Shown: piece by piece, positions 1-9,609 of the stretch
How positions within the stretch are numbered: the first letter of the stretch is position 1
Layout of the letters: each line of letters begins with the position of its first letter
NCBI GenBank assembly: GCA_023389575.1
Contig: JAEWEG010000054.1
Coordinates: 728 to 64,727 of the forward strand
Source of the DNA: Chloroflexota bacterium
Lineage (GTDB): Bacteria; Chloroflexota; Chloroflexia; Thermomicrobiales; UBA6265
Direction: 5' to 3'
DNA: 64,000 nt
Notes under the pieces: model-generated
What the model saw: only the letters and a program-made list of their open reading frames with translations
Databases searched by the model: none
What the model was told of the DNA's origin: nothing
Made by a program: the position numbers and the translations under genes

Positions 1-2599
1 TCTCCAGCTGGCCCCGGGCGGCCGCTTCGGCCACATCGGTCCGGAGCCGCCAGCGGCGCATGGCGTTCTCCTCCATACCGGAGGTGTGCAGCAGCACCTG
101 TCCCCGCCCGGCGCGCTTGGCGCGGTACATGGCGGCGTCTCCGTCGCGTAGCAGGATGTCGGGCTTCAACAACCCTGGCTCGCTCACCGCCACCCCGATC
201 GTCACGCCGATCGGGACTTCGCCCCCGCGGCAGGTGAACGGATCGGTCATCGCCGCCCGCACCTGTTCGGCGAACGTCGAAACCTGCCTCACATCCTGGA
301 TTGCCGGAAGCAGAAGCACGAATTCGTCCCCACCAAGCCGCGCGACCGTCTCCGCGCCCTGCAGGGTCGAACGCAGGCGTTGGCCGATCGCATACAGCAA
401 CTCATCGCCGGCTTCGTGGCCGAAGGCATCGTTGACCTGTTTGAAGCCGTTGAGGTCCACGAACAGGACGCCGACCCGCTTGCCATCCAGCGCGGCCTGA
501 CGGAGGGCCTGTTCCATCCGGTCGGCCAGGAGCGTGCGGTTGGGAAGCCCGGTCAGCGGATCGTGGAGCGCGAGGTGGCGCAGTTCGGATTCCAGTCGCT
601 TCTGCTCGGTGACATCCCGTGCGTTGATCACCATGCCCCCAACCTCCGGCACGTGCAGGAAGTTGGAGACATGGGTTTCCAGCCAGACCCAGGTCCCGTC
701 GGCGGTGGTCACCCGGAACGTTATCCTCTGACCCGCGCCCGGGGTCGCGACCACCGATTCCCACATGCGGTTCACGGCGCTCTGGTCGGCGGGATGGACC
801 AGGTCCACGCGCAATTCATCGGCGTACGTTTCTAGTGGATGGCCGAGTACGCGTTCCAGCCCGGGGCTGGCGTAGACCAGGCCGCCCACGGCGTTGAACA
901 CCACCACGATATCGCTGGCCTGCTGGACCAGGGCCCGGAACCGGGCCTCCCGCGCGCGGAGCGCGGCTTCGGCCTGGCCGCGTTCCACGGCGTCCCACGT
1001 GAGCTCCGCCACGTCGCGGGCCAGAGCCACTTCGTCGTCGCTCCATTCGCGAACGGTGGCGTGGCCCACGAACAACCCCGCGTTCCACTGCCCGCCACGC
1101 TGGAGCGGCACCGCGATTCCCGCGATCGCGGCAGATTCCATGCGCGTGGCCGCCATTTTGGCGTCTTTTCGCGCGTCGCTGATGCGCACGGTATGGCCCG
1201 CGCGCAACTCCGGCGCGTACCCATAGTTCAACGCCGGTATGGGAAGGGCCCCGGAGAGTGGCGGCAGGGTGCCATCCGTCCAACCGTTGGTGCCGATGAG
1301 CAGGGCGTCGTCGACCATCTCGAAAAACCAGACGCGATGGGTATTCAGGAAGCGGCCCAGCGTCTCGCTCGCCGTCGACAGCATCTGGTCCGGGTCGCGC
1401 ATTTCGCGGAGCGTCTTCGCCAGGTTGACCAGCAGCGCCTGGCGGGCCTCGCTCGCCCGCAGGGCCTCCTCCTCGGCGAGTTGCTGGGTCACGTCGCGGA
1501 CCGAGGCGAGCCGGAGCGCGCGGCCTTGGTACTGGATCTGGCGTCCCAGCATCTCGGCGAAATAAGTTGAGCCATCGCCGCGACGGGCGAAGACGACATA
1601 CGGCGTCTCGCTGCCTTGCCGCACGCGTTCGGTCACCAGTTCGTGCGAATTGGGCGCCACGAAGTCGAGGATCGGCCGTCCCACGACCTGGTCCGCTTCA
1701 AGTCCAAGCAGGGTCGCGTACGCCTGGTTGATGGCCGTCACTACCTTGCCGTCGTGAATCAGCATCGCCTCGGCCGTGGCGTGGAACAGGGTGGAGAAGC
1801 TCTCGGCCTGGTGGGCCAGAACGGTCTCGGCCTCCTTGCGGTCGGTGATGTCCCGGGAACTCACCAGGATGCCGCCCACGTCCGGATCGTCGAGGAGGTT
1901 GGTGAACGTCGCCCCGATCCATCGCCAGGAGCCATCCCCGCGGCGCATGCGGAACTCCCGCTTAAGCTCGGCATGTTTTGACTGAGCCGTCTCCGTCAAC
2001 GCCCGCCGGAAAAGCTCCACGTCGTCGTCGTGGAGCAGGGCGAAGACATCGAACTCATCGTTGGCCCCCTTGCGGTACGGACCAACGATGGAATCGAAGG
2101 CGGGGCTCTTGTAGGCGATGGTTCCGTCGACATCGATCACGTTGATCAGCGCGTCGGTGTGCGCGATCAGGGAGGTGAAGCGGCGATGTTCGCGGAGCAA
2201 CGCCTCCTGGGCGCTCCGCCTGGTCGTGACGTCGGCCAGGTTGACGACCGCGCCAGCGCCTTCCGGTCGCTGGAGCGGCCTCACCCTTAGCTTGAACCAG
2301 CGCCCCTCGATGCCGGGTTCCACGGGAAACTCCATGGTGAACTCGGGAAGCGAGCCGTCGAGCACTCCGGTCACGCCTTTTTCGGCCTCCGGGCCGTAGT
2401 CGCCCAACGTGCAGGATCGGCAGACCTCCAGGTAATTTCCGCCCACGCCGAACGTGGCCTGGTCCCAGCCAGCCGCGAAGGCACGCCAGGCCGCGTTGGT
2501 CGCGATAATGGTGGCGGACCCATCCAGGACCACCGTCCGGGAATCGAGCGAGTCGAGCACGGCCCAGCCCAGGTCAGTGCCGTCAGCCGTCTTCGCCAT
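1..2599 (-). CDS. Multi-domain PAS-PAS-GAF-PAS-GGDEF signalling protein (diguanylate cyclase, probably GGDEF-EAL); 3' end lies outside the window
   Basis: The minus-strand frame is open from ATG (complement of 2597-2599) to position 1. It is missing from the ORF track because there is no stop in the window. Hand translation gives RLGGDEFVLLL (about 320-340) and DAAMYRAK, which is a GGDEF core. Upstream are PAS-like blocks and a GAF-like block. The translation ends ...AAARGQLE, where an EAL domain normally starts. Plus-strand ORFs 380..835, 839..1570 and 1616..1981 are antisense shadows. Confidence 0.85.
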   Translation of the reverse strand, partial: MAKTADGTDLGWAVLDSLDSRTVVLDGSATIIATNAAWRAFAAGWDQATFGVGGNYLEVCRSCTLGDYGPEAEKGVTGVLDGSLPEFTMEFPVEPGIEGRWFKLRVRPLQRPEGAGAVVNLADVTTRRSAQEALLREHRRFTSLIAHTDALINVIDVDGTIAYKSPAFDSIVGPYRKGANDEFDVFALLHDDDVELFRRALTETAQSKHAELKREFRMRRGDGSWRWIGATFTNLLDDPDVGGILVSSRDITDRKEAETVLAHQAESFSTLFHATAEAMLIHDGKVVTAINQAYATLLGLEADQVVGRPILDFVAPNSHELVTERVRQGSETPYVVFARRGDGSTYFAEMLGRQIQYQGRALRLASVRDVTQQLAEEEALRASEARQALLVNLAKTLREMRDPDQMLSTASETLGRFLNTHRVWFFEMVDDALLIGTNGWTDGTLPPLSGALPIPALNYGYAPELRAGHTVRISDARKDAKMAATRMESAAIAGIAVPLQRGGQWNAGLFVGHATVREWSDDEVALARDVAELTWDAVERGQAEAALRAREARFRALVQQASDIVVVFNAVGGLVYASPGLERVLGHPLETYADELRVDLVHPADQSAVNRMWESVVATPGAGQRITFRVTTADGTWVWLETHVSNFLHVPEVGGMVINARDVTEQKRLESELRHLALHDPLTGLPNRTLLADRMEQALRQAALDGKRVGVLFVDLNGFKQVNDAFGHEAGDELLYAIGQRLRSTLQGAETVARLGGDEFVLLLPAIQDVRQVSTFAEQVRAAMTDPFTCRGGEVPIGVTIGVAVSEPGLLKPDILLRDGDAAMYRAKRAGRGQVLLHTSGMEENAMRRWRLRTDVAEAAARGQLE

Positions 2600-2840
2600 C
2601 AGCGTCTCCTGCCCAAAGGTATCGATCGCGCGCAGGTCTCCAGTTCCCCTATACCCCTCGGCCGTGCGTGTCGAACGAGCGACATCGTCGGTTCGCGTTG
2701 ACGTCGCCTGCCATCAATGACTGTCCAGGCCTCATTCCATGGAAGGTCGTCGCTCACGATAGTCTAAAGGTTAAGGGAATCGTACCCTGATTCAGGCCGA
2801 TGTGCTTTTGTCCTGGCATTCTCGAGGCATGGGGTGAGCG

Positions 2841-3917
2841 CTATTCCAGTTCGCTGGCGAGCTGCTCGACCATGGCGAACACGATGTCCGTGGCGACGTC
2901 CGAGCCATCGCGATTCACCAGCGCCACGGCGCTCACCGCGTGGCCGCGCACATTGGGGAAGCGATAGGCCGCCGTGGCGTAGCCGGGACCACCGCCCGTA
3001 TGCCCAGCCACCACGCCGAACTGGTTGGCGATATCCATCATCAACCCCAATCCGTAGGCCGGATTCACCATCCAGTTATGGGTCTCCGCCACCGGCGCAC
3101 CAATCAGCATCTGCTCCAGCAGCGATGGCTTCACCAGCCTGCCTGGTTCGAACAGCAGGTCGAGGAACGTCGCCACATCGGCCGCGTTTGACGTAACGAG
3201 ACCGTGCGATACCCACCCCGGGTGATAGTGGGGGATGACGTTCTCCACGGTATCGTCGCCGGAAAGCGCCGTGCCGTAACCGGGTGTCAACTCTCGCATA
3301 TCCTCCAGCGACGCGGCGCCGGAGAACGTTTCCAGGCCGAACGGATAGCCGAGATACGTCCGCACGATGTCGGGGAACGATGTCCCTGTCTCCTGTTCCA
3401 GCAGTTGCCGCAGCAGCAGGTATCCGATGTTGGAATAGCGCCAGCCGTGCCCGGGCAGGAACAGGAGGTCGGTGGCGATGGTCCGCTCCAGGAACTCATC
3501 GTCCGACCATGGCGTGCCCGGATGCGCGCGGACCGCCTCGTGGTACTCGAGCAGGTGGCCGTAGTTGGAGAGCCCGCCGGTGTGGTTGAGGACATGCCGG
3601 ATTGGCACCGGCGTTTCGATCGGCAGGTCGGGAAAGTAGGTCTGCAGCGTATCGTCCAGCACGATGGAGTCCCGGCCCTCGATCAGGCGCAGGATCATCG
3701 TCGCGATCACGGTTTTCGTGATGCTGTAGAGGCCAAACCGCGCGTCCGCCTCGATTGGCCGTCGCCGTTCCATGTCGGCATGACCGATCCCGGCGCTCCA
3801 CGGCTCACCATCCACCGTGAGCGCCACCGTCGCCCCAGGTGCCTCGACCGCCTGGAGACGGTCGTTAACCAGCGCCTCCAATCGCGCGCGGTCCGCCAAT
3901 TTTCCAACGCTCGCCAT
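2841..3917 (-). CDS. Serine hydrolase, beta-lactamase class C / PBP4-like family
   Basis: 358-aa ORF with all three active-site motifs: S-x-x-K (YSITKT), Y-S-N (RYSNIGY) and H-T-G (GHTGGGPGY). Confidence 0.85.
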   Translation of the reverse strand: MASVGKLADRARLEALVNDRLQAVEAPGATVALTVDGEPWSAGIGHADMERRRPIEADARFGLYSITKTVIATMILRLIEGRDSIVLDDTLQTYFPDLPIETPVPIRHVLNHTGGLSNYGHLLEYHEAVRAHPGTPWSDDEFLERTIATDLLFLPGHGWRYSNIGYLLLRQLLEQETGTSFPDIVRTYLGYPFGLETFSGAASLEDMRELTPGYGTALSGDDTVENVIPHYHPGWVSHGLVTSNAADVATFLDLLFEPGRLVKPSLLEQMLIGAPVAETHNWMVNPAYGLGLMMDIANQFGVVAGHTGGGPGYATAAYRFPNVRGHAVSAVALVNRDGSDVATDIVFAMVEQLASELE

Positions 3918-4032
3918 CCGTAACCTCGCTCCGGAGTCGCCTCACCCACCCCTACACATCGTCGGTCTGGTGGGGCTTCACCTTCCCCGAAACCCGCCCC
4001 GAACGCAAGGCGCGGGCGGTCGCGTGGGGCGA

Positions 4033-4917
4033 TCAGTGACAGCTCGCCTGACCCGTATCGTTGAACGATTCGCCTTCGACCGGTACGAATTTCCACTCGT
4101 AACCGTCGGGCAGGAGGGTGAGTTGGAGGACGCCGAACGACTCGCTGTTGCGGGCGTGGCTGTGGGGATGCACCTCGCCGAAATCGCGGAGCGGACCGCC
4201 GCCCGTGCCGACCACGAACTGCGTGATGCCGCCCGTGGGGTCGAGCGTTCCATCGGGGGTCATGGGCGCGAACCGCTCGTAGGCGTGATCGTGACCGGCC
4301 AGCACCACCTCCGCGCCGGAGGTGTAGAGGGTTGACCAGATCGCCGCCAGATCGGCCTCGTCACCGTGTCCGGCGGAACTGAACAGGGGATGGTGCATGT
4401 ACGCCAGCGTGCACTGGCTGGGGTGATCGGCCAGGTCCGCCTGGAGCCAGGCAAGCTGCGCGGAGCCCTCCCCGCAGCCGCCCACGTCGTCGCAGTTGGT
4501 GTTCAGCGCCACGATGTGCCACTCGCCAAGATCGAACGAGTACCAGCCCTGGCCGGGCGTTCCGGCCCTGTCTCCGAAATAGTCGAAATAGGCCTGGGCG
4601 CCTTCGGTGTAGTAGTCGTGATTGCCGGGCACGGGCCGGGTTCGGTCGAGGTGGCGGCCCCAGGTTGGGCCATAGCACTCGGCGAATTCCTGGGCGGTCC
4701 CGTTGTTGTAGGCGTTGTCGCCCAGCGTGAAAATCGTCCCCTCGATCTGGTCGAGCAGGCGGGCGGTGGCTTCGTCGCCATCGAAGTCGCAGGACGCGAT
4801 GTCGCCCGCGCCAACGAACACCACTGCCTCGTCCGGCGTGGCGACTGGCGTCGCCACCACGGGCGTGCCCGTCGCCAGCAGGATCAGCGCGCAGAGGAGG
4901 AGCAGGCAGCGGACCAT
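4033..4917 (-). CDS. Secreted calcineurin-like metallophosphoesterase
   Basis: Motifs GDIASC, GDNAY, GNHDY, MHHP and GHDHAYER. I prefer the internal start MVRCLLLLCALILLATG (signal peptide, complement ATG at 4915-4917) over the 367-aa maximal ORF starting at 5136. Confidence 0.8.
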   Translation of the reverse strand: MVRCLLLLCALILLATGTPVVATPVATPDEAVVFVGAGDIASCDFDGDEATARLLDQIEGTIFTLGDNAYNNGTAQEFAECYGPTWGRHLDRTRPVPGNHDYYTEGAQAYFDYFGDRAGTPGQGWYSFDLGEWHIVALNTNCDDVGGCGEGSAQLAWLQADLADHPSQCTLAYMHHPLFSSAGHGDEADLAAIWSTLYTSGAEVVLAGHDHAYERFAPMTPDGTLDPTGGITQFVVGTGGGPLRDFGEVHPHSHARNSESFGVLQLTLLPDGYEWKFVPVEGESFNDTGQASCH

Positions 4918-5387
4918 CGGCCGGCCCTCGGCGAGTGAGTGTCCGCCGACCTGTGACGCTTCGAGCCGTTCGGTGGGATTCACGCGAGTCTCCTCCGGTG
5001 GTCCGTGCGGTTCGGGCCTGACAATATCGCCGCGTCGTTGCCGAAATGCCCGGTCGTGGACGGAGAGCGCGCCGATCGCCGCCATGAGGACGCCTGTTGG
5101 TGCGACGGGACAACGCATGCGACCAGTATGCGGCATTCCTCCGCCGGGACGGTCCGGCGTGGAATGGCGTCCCGGCTTCCCAACCTTTCGCCCCTCGTCC
5201 CGAGATGGACGGGCACCGTTTCTCCGCCCGAGAATCCACGCTGCTCACCACGTCATGATTCAACCAATTGAACCTTCTCGACCGGTTCAACGTCTCTCCA
5301 ACAGCCACCAGACCGGGAGGCACCACGGGCCTGGGGCCAATCACCCGGTCATGCCGTGGGGAAATCAAGCCATGGGAGAGTCCTGTC

Positions 5388-6884
5388 GTGTCACGCCTGT
5401 CCACCGTCAATCGCCGCGCCTTCGTGGGCCTTACCGCCGCCCTCTTCACCCCCGCCGCCGCGCGGGCCCGCGCTCCGCGTCCCACCAACCTGAAAGAGGT
5501 TTCGGACGAGTCCAGCGGCTCCCGGCTGCTGGTCGGCGCCCCCGACCAGTTCGGGTTCATCAACGCCATCGGCGTGCTGGACGGCGGCGGCAGCCTCCTG
5601 ACGATCATCGAGACCGGGGACAGCGTCTTCAACGTGCGCACCACCCCGAACGAACGCCGCGTCATGCTCGAACTGATGATGGCTTCGGCCTATCTCGACC
5701 TCGACACGGGCGACCAAACCACGTTCGACGATGTCGCCCAGGTGCTCATGCCACAACCCGCCGTCGACGGACCCAGCGCGGGCAGCGCCGCGCACCTGAT
5801 CGCCCCGACGTTCTCCCTCGATGCCATCGTCCGGCTCGATGTGGAAACCGGGTGGCTCACCGATATCACCACCTACCTGCAGGGCGAAACCCAAACCCTC
5901 ATTCCCGCCCTTGCCGCCTTCGGTCCCAGTGGCGCGCTCGCTGGCGTCTGGACCGGCAACAACGTCTACCTGCTCGATCCCGCCCAGCCCGAGGATGCGC
6001 TCGTGCTCAACGGTGGCGATGACAGCCTGTACTCCACCGCCTTTGGCATCGCCAGCAACGAGGAATGGATCGCCTACACCACCTACGACCCGGGAGACGG
6101 CCTCGGCGAAGTCATCCTCCAATCCACCGTCGACGGAACCGTCATCCCCGTGGTCGAGGGAGACGCCTGGTCCTGCGTTCAGTTCATCCCGGGTGATGAC
6201 ACCAGCTTCCTGCTCATGCACGACGGCGCCATCGAACGCCGCTCCATTGATGACCCCACCGCCGCTGGCGAACGCGTCATCGCGATCGGTTCGCAACCGC
6301 TGGCCGATACCGTGACCTCGGCCGATGACTCGAAGCGCCTCGTCTCCAGCCGGAAATCCGGCGGCGGACCCACCGAGTGGGTGCTGCTCGACCTGGAGGC
6401 CAACACCGGCACCGAGCTTCCCGATCTTTCCGGGCTGGACCTGCTTCCCATTTCCACCTGGGAGCAGGAACCCCGCCATGCCCTCTTCGGCTCCCAGCCC
6501 GAAGCGTTTTCGCTCGACCTCCGTCCCGGACCGCTCACCGGTCTGAGCCTGGAAACGGGCGAGGTGACCCCGTTGCTGAAGGATGTCGCGCTCGATTCGC
6601 TTGTCACGCACAGCACCACCGCCGATGGCGCATGGGCGGTGCTCAGCAATCACCCGGAGAGCCCCGAGCCTGGGTTCTGGGTTGTCGATCTCGCGGAGGG
6701 CGTCGCCACCGCGGTCACCAGCACCTACGCGGTGATGAACGGCGGCTGCCTCTCGCCGGACGGGAAGCTCGCCGCCGTCACCGGTCGCGGCGAGGACCAC
6801 GAATCCGAGATCTTCCTCTTCGACCCCGCCGACCCAACCGAACTCAACTCCTTCGGCCCCGGCGTCACCCTCACCTGGACCTGA
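5388..6884 (+). CDS. Tat-signal secreted protein with TolB/PD40-like beta-propeller repeats, function unknown
   Basis: GTG at 5388 is preceded by GGGAGAG. The N-terminus VSRLSTVNRRAFVGLTAALFTPAAARA looks like a Tat signal. The C-terminal LSPDGKLAAVTGRGEDHESEIFLFD is a PD40-like repeat. The opposite-strand 540-aa ORF 5391..7013 is judged a shadow. Confidence 0.65.
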   Translation: MSRLSTVNRRAFVGLTAALFTPAAARARAPRPTNLKEVSDESSGSRLLVGAPDQFGFINAIGVLDGGGSLLTIIETGDSVFNVRTTPNERRVMLELMMASAYLDLDTGDQTTFDDVAQVLMPQPAVDGPSAGSAAHLIAPTFSLDAIVRLDVETGWLTDITTYLQGETQTLIPALAAFGPSGALAGVWTGNNVYLLDPAQPEDALVLNGGDDSLYSTAFGIASNEEWIAYTTYDPGDGLGEVILQSTVDGTVIPVVEGDAWSCVQFIPGDDTSFLLMHDGAIERRSIDDPTAAGERVIAIGSQPLADTVTSADDSKRLVSSRKSGGGPTEWVLLDLEANTGTELPDLSGLDLLPISTWEQEPRHALFGSQPEAFSLDLRPGPLTGLSLETGEVTPLLKDVALDSLVTHSTTADGAWAVLSNHPESPEPGFWVVDLAEGVATAVTSTYAVMNGGCLSPDGKLAAVTGRGEDHESEIFLFDPADPTELNSFGPGVTLTWT

Positions 6885-7169
6885 CCGCTCCCGGGCGAGG
6901 GCGGCCGTGCATGGGACCTGCAATGCATGGGCCGCCTGGGTCCGGTGTGAATGTACGGTGTCACGGCCTGCTATGCAGGTCTGTGACACCTCTCGGGTCA
7001 ACGCCCCAACCAACCAATCTCACCTCAACCTGGCGAATTTTTACCGTGTCGATGCGTTCACTGGGGAGGTGGATCTTGCCCACCCGCCCATGCCGCATCG
7101 AAGGGATCGTCAGCCATGCATTCCACGCGCACTGGCCACCTGGATCGGAACCCGCGCCGCGCCGCCAGT

Positions 7170-7313
7170 GGACACGACAACATCATTGGTGCGCCAACAT
7201 TAATTGAACGCTTCCCATTAAACCCTCTCTCCGAAAAGCCCGTCATTCCGGGGAGAATCGGCTCTGCCGAGCGAATTTATGGATTAATGGATTATTGTCG
7301 CCGAAAAAACACT
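7170..7313 (-). repeat. Copy L of a conserved AT-rich intergenic element (reads like copy R on the minus strand); possible structured ncRNA
   Basis: The reverse complement aligns by hand to 16851-16995. The block gtgttttttcggcgacaataatccattaat matches gtgtttttcggccacaataatccattaat. The hairpin cccggaatgacggg matches cccggaacgacggg. The blocks aattaatgttg and tgttgtcgtgt are shared. It is a local AT-rich island in a GC-rich window. Confidence 0.6.
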
Positions 7314-7326
7314 GGCAATATGCGGA

Positions 7327-7358
7327 GTGCCCCAGGGCTGATCCAGCCACCGGGGCAC
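7327..7358 (-). terminator. Hairpin downstream of the GH127 gene (putative terminator)
   Basis: gtgcccc...ggggcac forms a 7-bp GC stem 40 nt after the stop at 7398. A T-run follows on the minus strand only about 17 nt later, inside element L. Confidence 0.35.
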
Positions 7359-7397
7359 TCAGGTGAAACAGGGGGTGCCGGGACGAAATGGGTGGCG

Positions 7398-9377
7398 CTA
7401 TCCGCGCCGCAGCCAGACCGTCATCGGCCCCGCGCCCCGGTTGGCCCAGGCGAAGTAGGGAATCGCCGTCAGGGTCACCTGCGAGCGGCCTGGCCGGTCC
7501 CCATCGAGCGACTCCAGCGGGCGATACAGCGCGCCCTCCCAACCCGGCGCCGCCGATTCCACCTCGGCGTCCGCCGTCAGCACTTCCACCCCGCCTTCCA
7601 GCAGGTCGGGCCGGAACGCCGCCACGATTGGCGAGTCGTCCGGCAGCACGAAGTCCCGCACGTCGCCCACCGGGTGATCGGCCGCCTCCACGCAGTACAG
7701 CAGCGGTCCGCGCCGCAGCGCCACGCGCCCGGCGTCTTCCGCCACGCGCGGATGCGCCACGATCCGCGTGACGGGCATTGGCAGGGAAACCGTCACCACG
7801 TCGCCCACCTTCCACACCCGGCGAATGGTGGCGTACTGGCCATGGGCGGCCTCGCTGGCCGGCAGCGATTGACCATTGACGCGCACGGACGCATCGCGGC
7901 TCCAGGCCGGAATTCGAAGGTTCAGGGTGAAGTCGCCGGTGTCCACCAGGTCGGTGATCTCGATCGAAATCTCGCCATCCCATGGATAGCGCGTTACCTG
8001 CTTCAGGCCGACAGAAGCGCCCGCCGCCAGCGGAATCGTTGCCGTGCCTCCGGCGTAGAGGTGCACCCAGATCGACTCGTGCTGGCCGTCCGATTCCGGG
8101 AACCGGCGGGCAGTGACCGAATAGAAGTAGCCCGGCAGTTGCGACAGTATCCGGGCGATGTTCGGCGGGCAGCAGGCGCACCCGAACCAGGCCTGCCGGC
8201 GGTGATCGCCGTCGTCGCTGAGCGGGTTCTGGTAGAAGTACGACTGGCCGTCCAGCGAGAGGCCGGGAAGCATGGCGTTGTACAGCGAGTGCTCGATCCA
8301 GTCGGCGTAGCGGGTGTTGTCCTCCGCCCGCAGCATCAGCATTCGCCACACCCACATGATCGCGCCGATCGCGGCGCAGGATTCGGTGTAGGCGCGCTCG
8401 TTTGGCAGCTCGAAGTCCTTGCCGAACGCCTCGCCTTCCCACCGCGAGCCGATACCGCCGCTGACGTAGCTCCGGCGGGTGGTCATGTTGGCCCACATCC
8501 GGTCCAGCGCCCGTCGCAACGCGGTGTCCTCGCCCTCGATCAGGAGATCGGCCGCCCCGGCGTTCAGGTACACCGCCCGCACGGCGTGACCGACCATTTC
8601 GTCCTGCTCCCGAACCGGGGTCGCGTCCTGATGGTAGGCGCTGCCGCCGATGGTGCCCTTGCCGCGCACGTCGAGGAAGAACCGGGCCTGGTCCAGGTAG
8701 CGCCGCTCGCCGGTTTCCCGGTACAGCTCGATGAGCGCCATCTCGATCTCCTCGTGACCGTCGGTCTGCTCCAGCTTGCCGTCCGTCGCCGGCCCGAAGG
8801 TCTCGCACACGAGATCGGCGAACTTCCGGGCGACCGCCAGCAGGCGCTCGTCGCCGGTTGCCCGGCGCATGGCGATCGCGGCCTGGATGAAGTGCCCGCC
8901 GCAGTACAGCTCGTGCATGTCGCGGAGGTTCGACCATCGTTCGCTCACGCGGTCCACCGAGAAGTAGGTGTTCAGGTAGCCATCGTCGTCCTGGGCGTTC
9001 TCGATCAGGACGGTGACCACGTCGATCATCGCCCGCAGGTCCGAGGAATCCTCGTCCGGATAGGCGGCGATGGCCGAGGCCGCCGCCTCCAGCCACTTGT
9101 ACACGTCCGAATCGTTGAAGTAGATCCCGTCGAATGGGCCGTCGAACTCCCCGGCCACCCGCCGGAAGTTGCGCAGGCGGTTGGTGTCCTCCAGGTGCTG
9201 GAACTGGGACGGAATCGTCACCTCGCGGTTGATCCGGAGGCGTGGCGCCAGGAATTCGTCGGTCAGCCGCACGTTGCCGATCGGCACGGGCCGGTGCGCC
9301 GCGTTCGGCCGGCCTTTCGTATCCACCACCACGGCCGTGTGTTGAAGGGAAGTCGAGGAAGCAGTCATGAACCCCAT
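7398..9377 (-). CDS. Glycoside hydrolase family 127-like (beta-L-arabinofuranosidase / DUF1680 family)
   Basis: Characteristic blocks NDSDVYKWLEA, HELYCGGHFIQAA, GHAVRAVY, ESCA and WFGCACCPPNIAR. The start is set at MGFMTASS (9377), with an alternative at 9368. The upstream part of the 793-aa ORF looks like non-coding read-through. Confidence 0.8.
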   Translation of the reverse strand: MGFMTASSTSLQHTAVVVDTKGRPNAAHRPVPIGNVRLTDEFLAPRLRINREVTIPSQFQHLEDTNRLRNFRRVAGEFDGPFDGIYFNDSDVYKWLEAAASAIAAYPDEDSSDLRAMIDVVTVLIENAQDDDGYLNTYFSVDRVSERWSNLRDMHELYCGGHFIQAAIAMRRATGDERLLAVARKFADLVCETFGPATDGKLEQTDGHEEIEMALIELYRETGERRYLDQARFFLDVRGKGTIGGSAYHQDATPVREQDEMVGHAVRAVYLNAGAADLLIEGEDTALRRALDRMWANMTTRRSYVSGGIGSRWEGEAFGKDFELPNERAYTESCAAIGAIMWVWRMLMLRAEDNTRYADWIEHSLYNAMLPGLSLDGQSYFYQNPLSDDGDHRRQAWFGCACCPPNIARILSQLPGYFYSVTARRFPESDGQHESIWVHLYAGGTATIPLAAGASVGLKQVTRYPWDGEISIEITDLVDTGDFTLNLRIPAWSRDASVRVNGQSLPASEAAHGQYATIRRVWKVGDVVTVSLPMPVTRIVAHPRVAEDAGRVALRRGPLLYCVEAADHPVGDVRDFVLPDDSPIVAAFRPDLLEGGVEVLTADAEVESAAPGWEGALYRPLESLDGDRPGRSQVTLTAIPYFAWANRGAGPMTVWLRRG

Positions 9378-9609
9378 CCAGGCTACGGCCGGGTAGCGCC
9401 CGGCCAGAACATCCGCGCATATCCCTCGCATTGTCCCACCGGCCGCGTGGAGGCGCACCTTTCCTGAAAGAGGTGGTTGCGAGCATGCGGTACAGGCAAC
9501 CTTTGCTACCATGACGACACACCGAATCCGCGAAGTGTTGGGAGCGGCCCGGCGCCGGGCCGTTTTCAGATGCCGGCGGAACAGCGCAACCCACGAGGAG
9601 TGGAACGGA

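Noticed and set aside
5240-5300. Small inverted repeat TTCAA-ccaa-TTGAA and a nearby ggttcaac in the divergent promoter region between the phosphoesterase and propeller genes.
   Set aside because: The half-sites are only 5 bp, there is no adjacent regulator gene, and such matches are expected by chance.
5391-7013. 540-aa minus-strand ORF. Similar very long ORFs occur at 7116..9467 (+), 7243..9627 (-), 13087..14178 (-), 13104..14525 (+), 15698..17320 (-), 20773..22050 (-), 37034..38842 (-), 41307..42722 (-), 50250..51449 (-) and 51983..52852 (-).
   Set aside because: Each lies antisense or out of frame to an ORF with clear family motifs. Their translations are Arg/Pro/Gly/Ala-rich low-complexity strings, typical of shadow ORFs in GC-rich DNA.
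7058-7246. 62-aa ORF running through element copy L. A similar-looking peptide (TGF...INGxxxINV) can be read in copy R.
   Set aside because: Copy R has ACG where copy L has the ATG. A 2-nt indel between the copies shifts the frame before the shared tgttgtcgtgt block. The similarity therefore reflects nucleotide conservation, not coding conservation.
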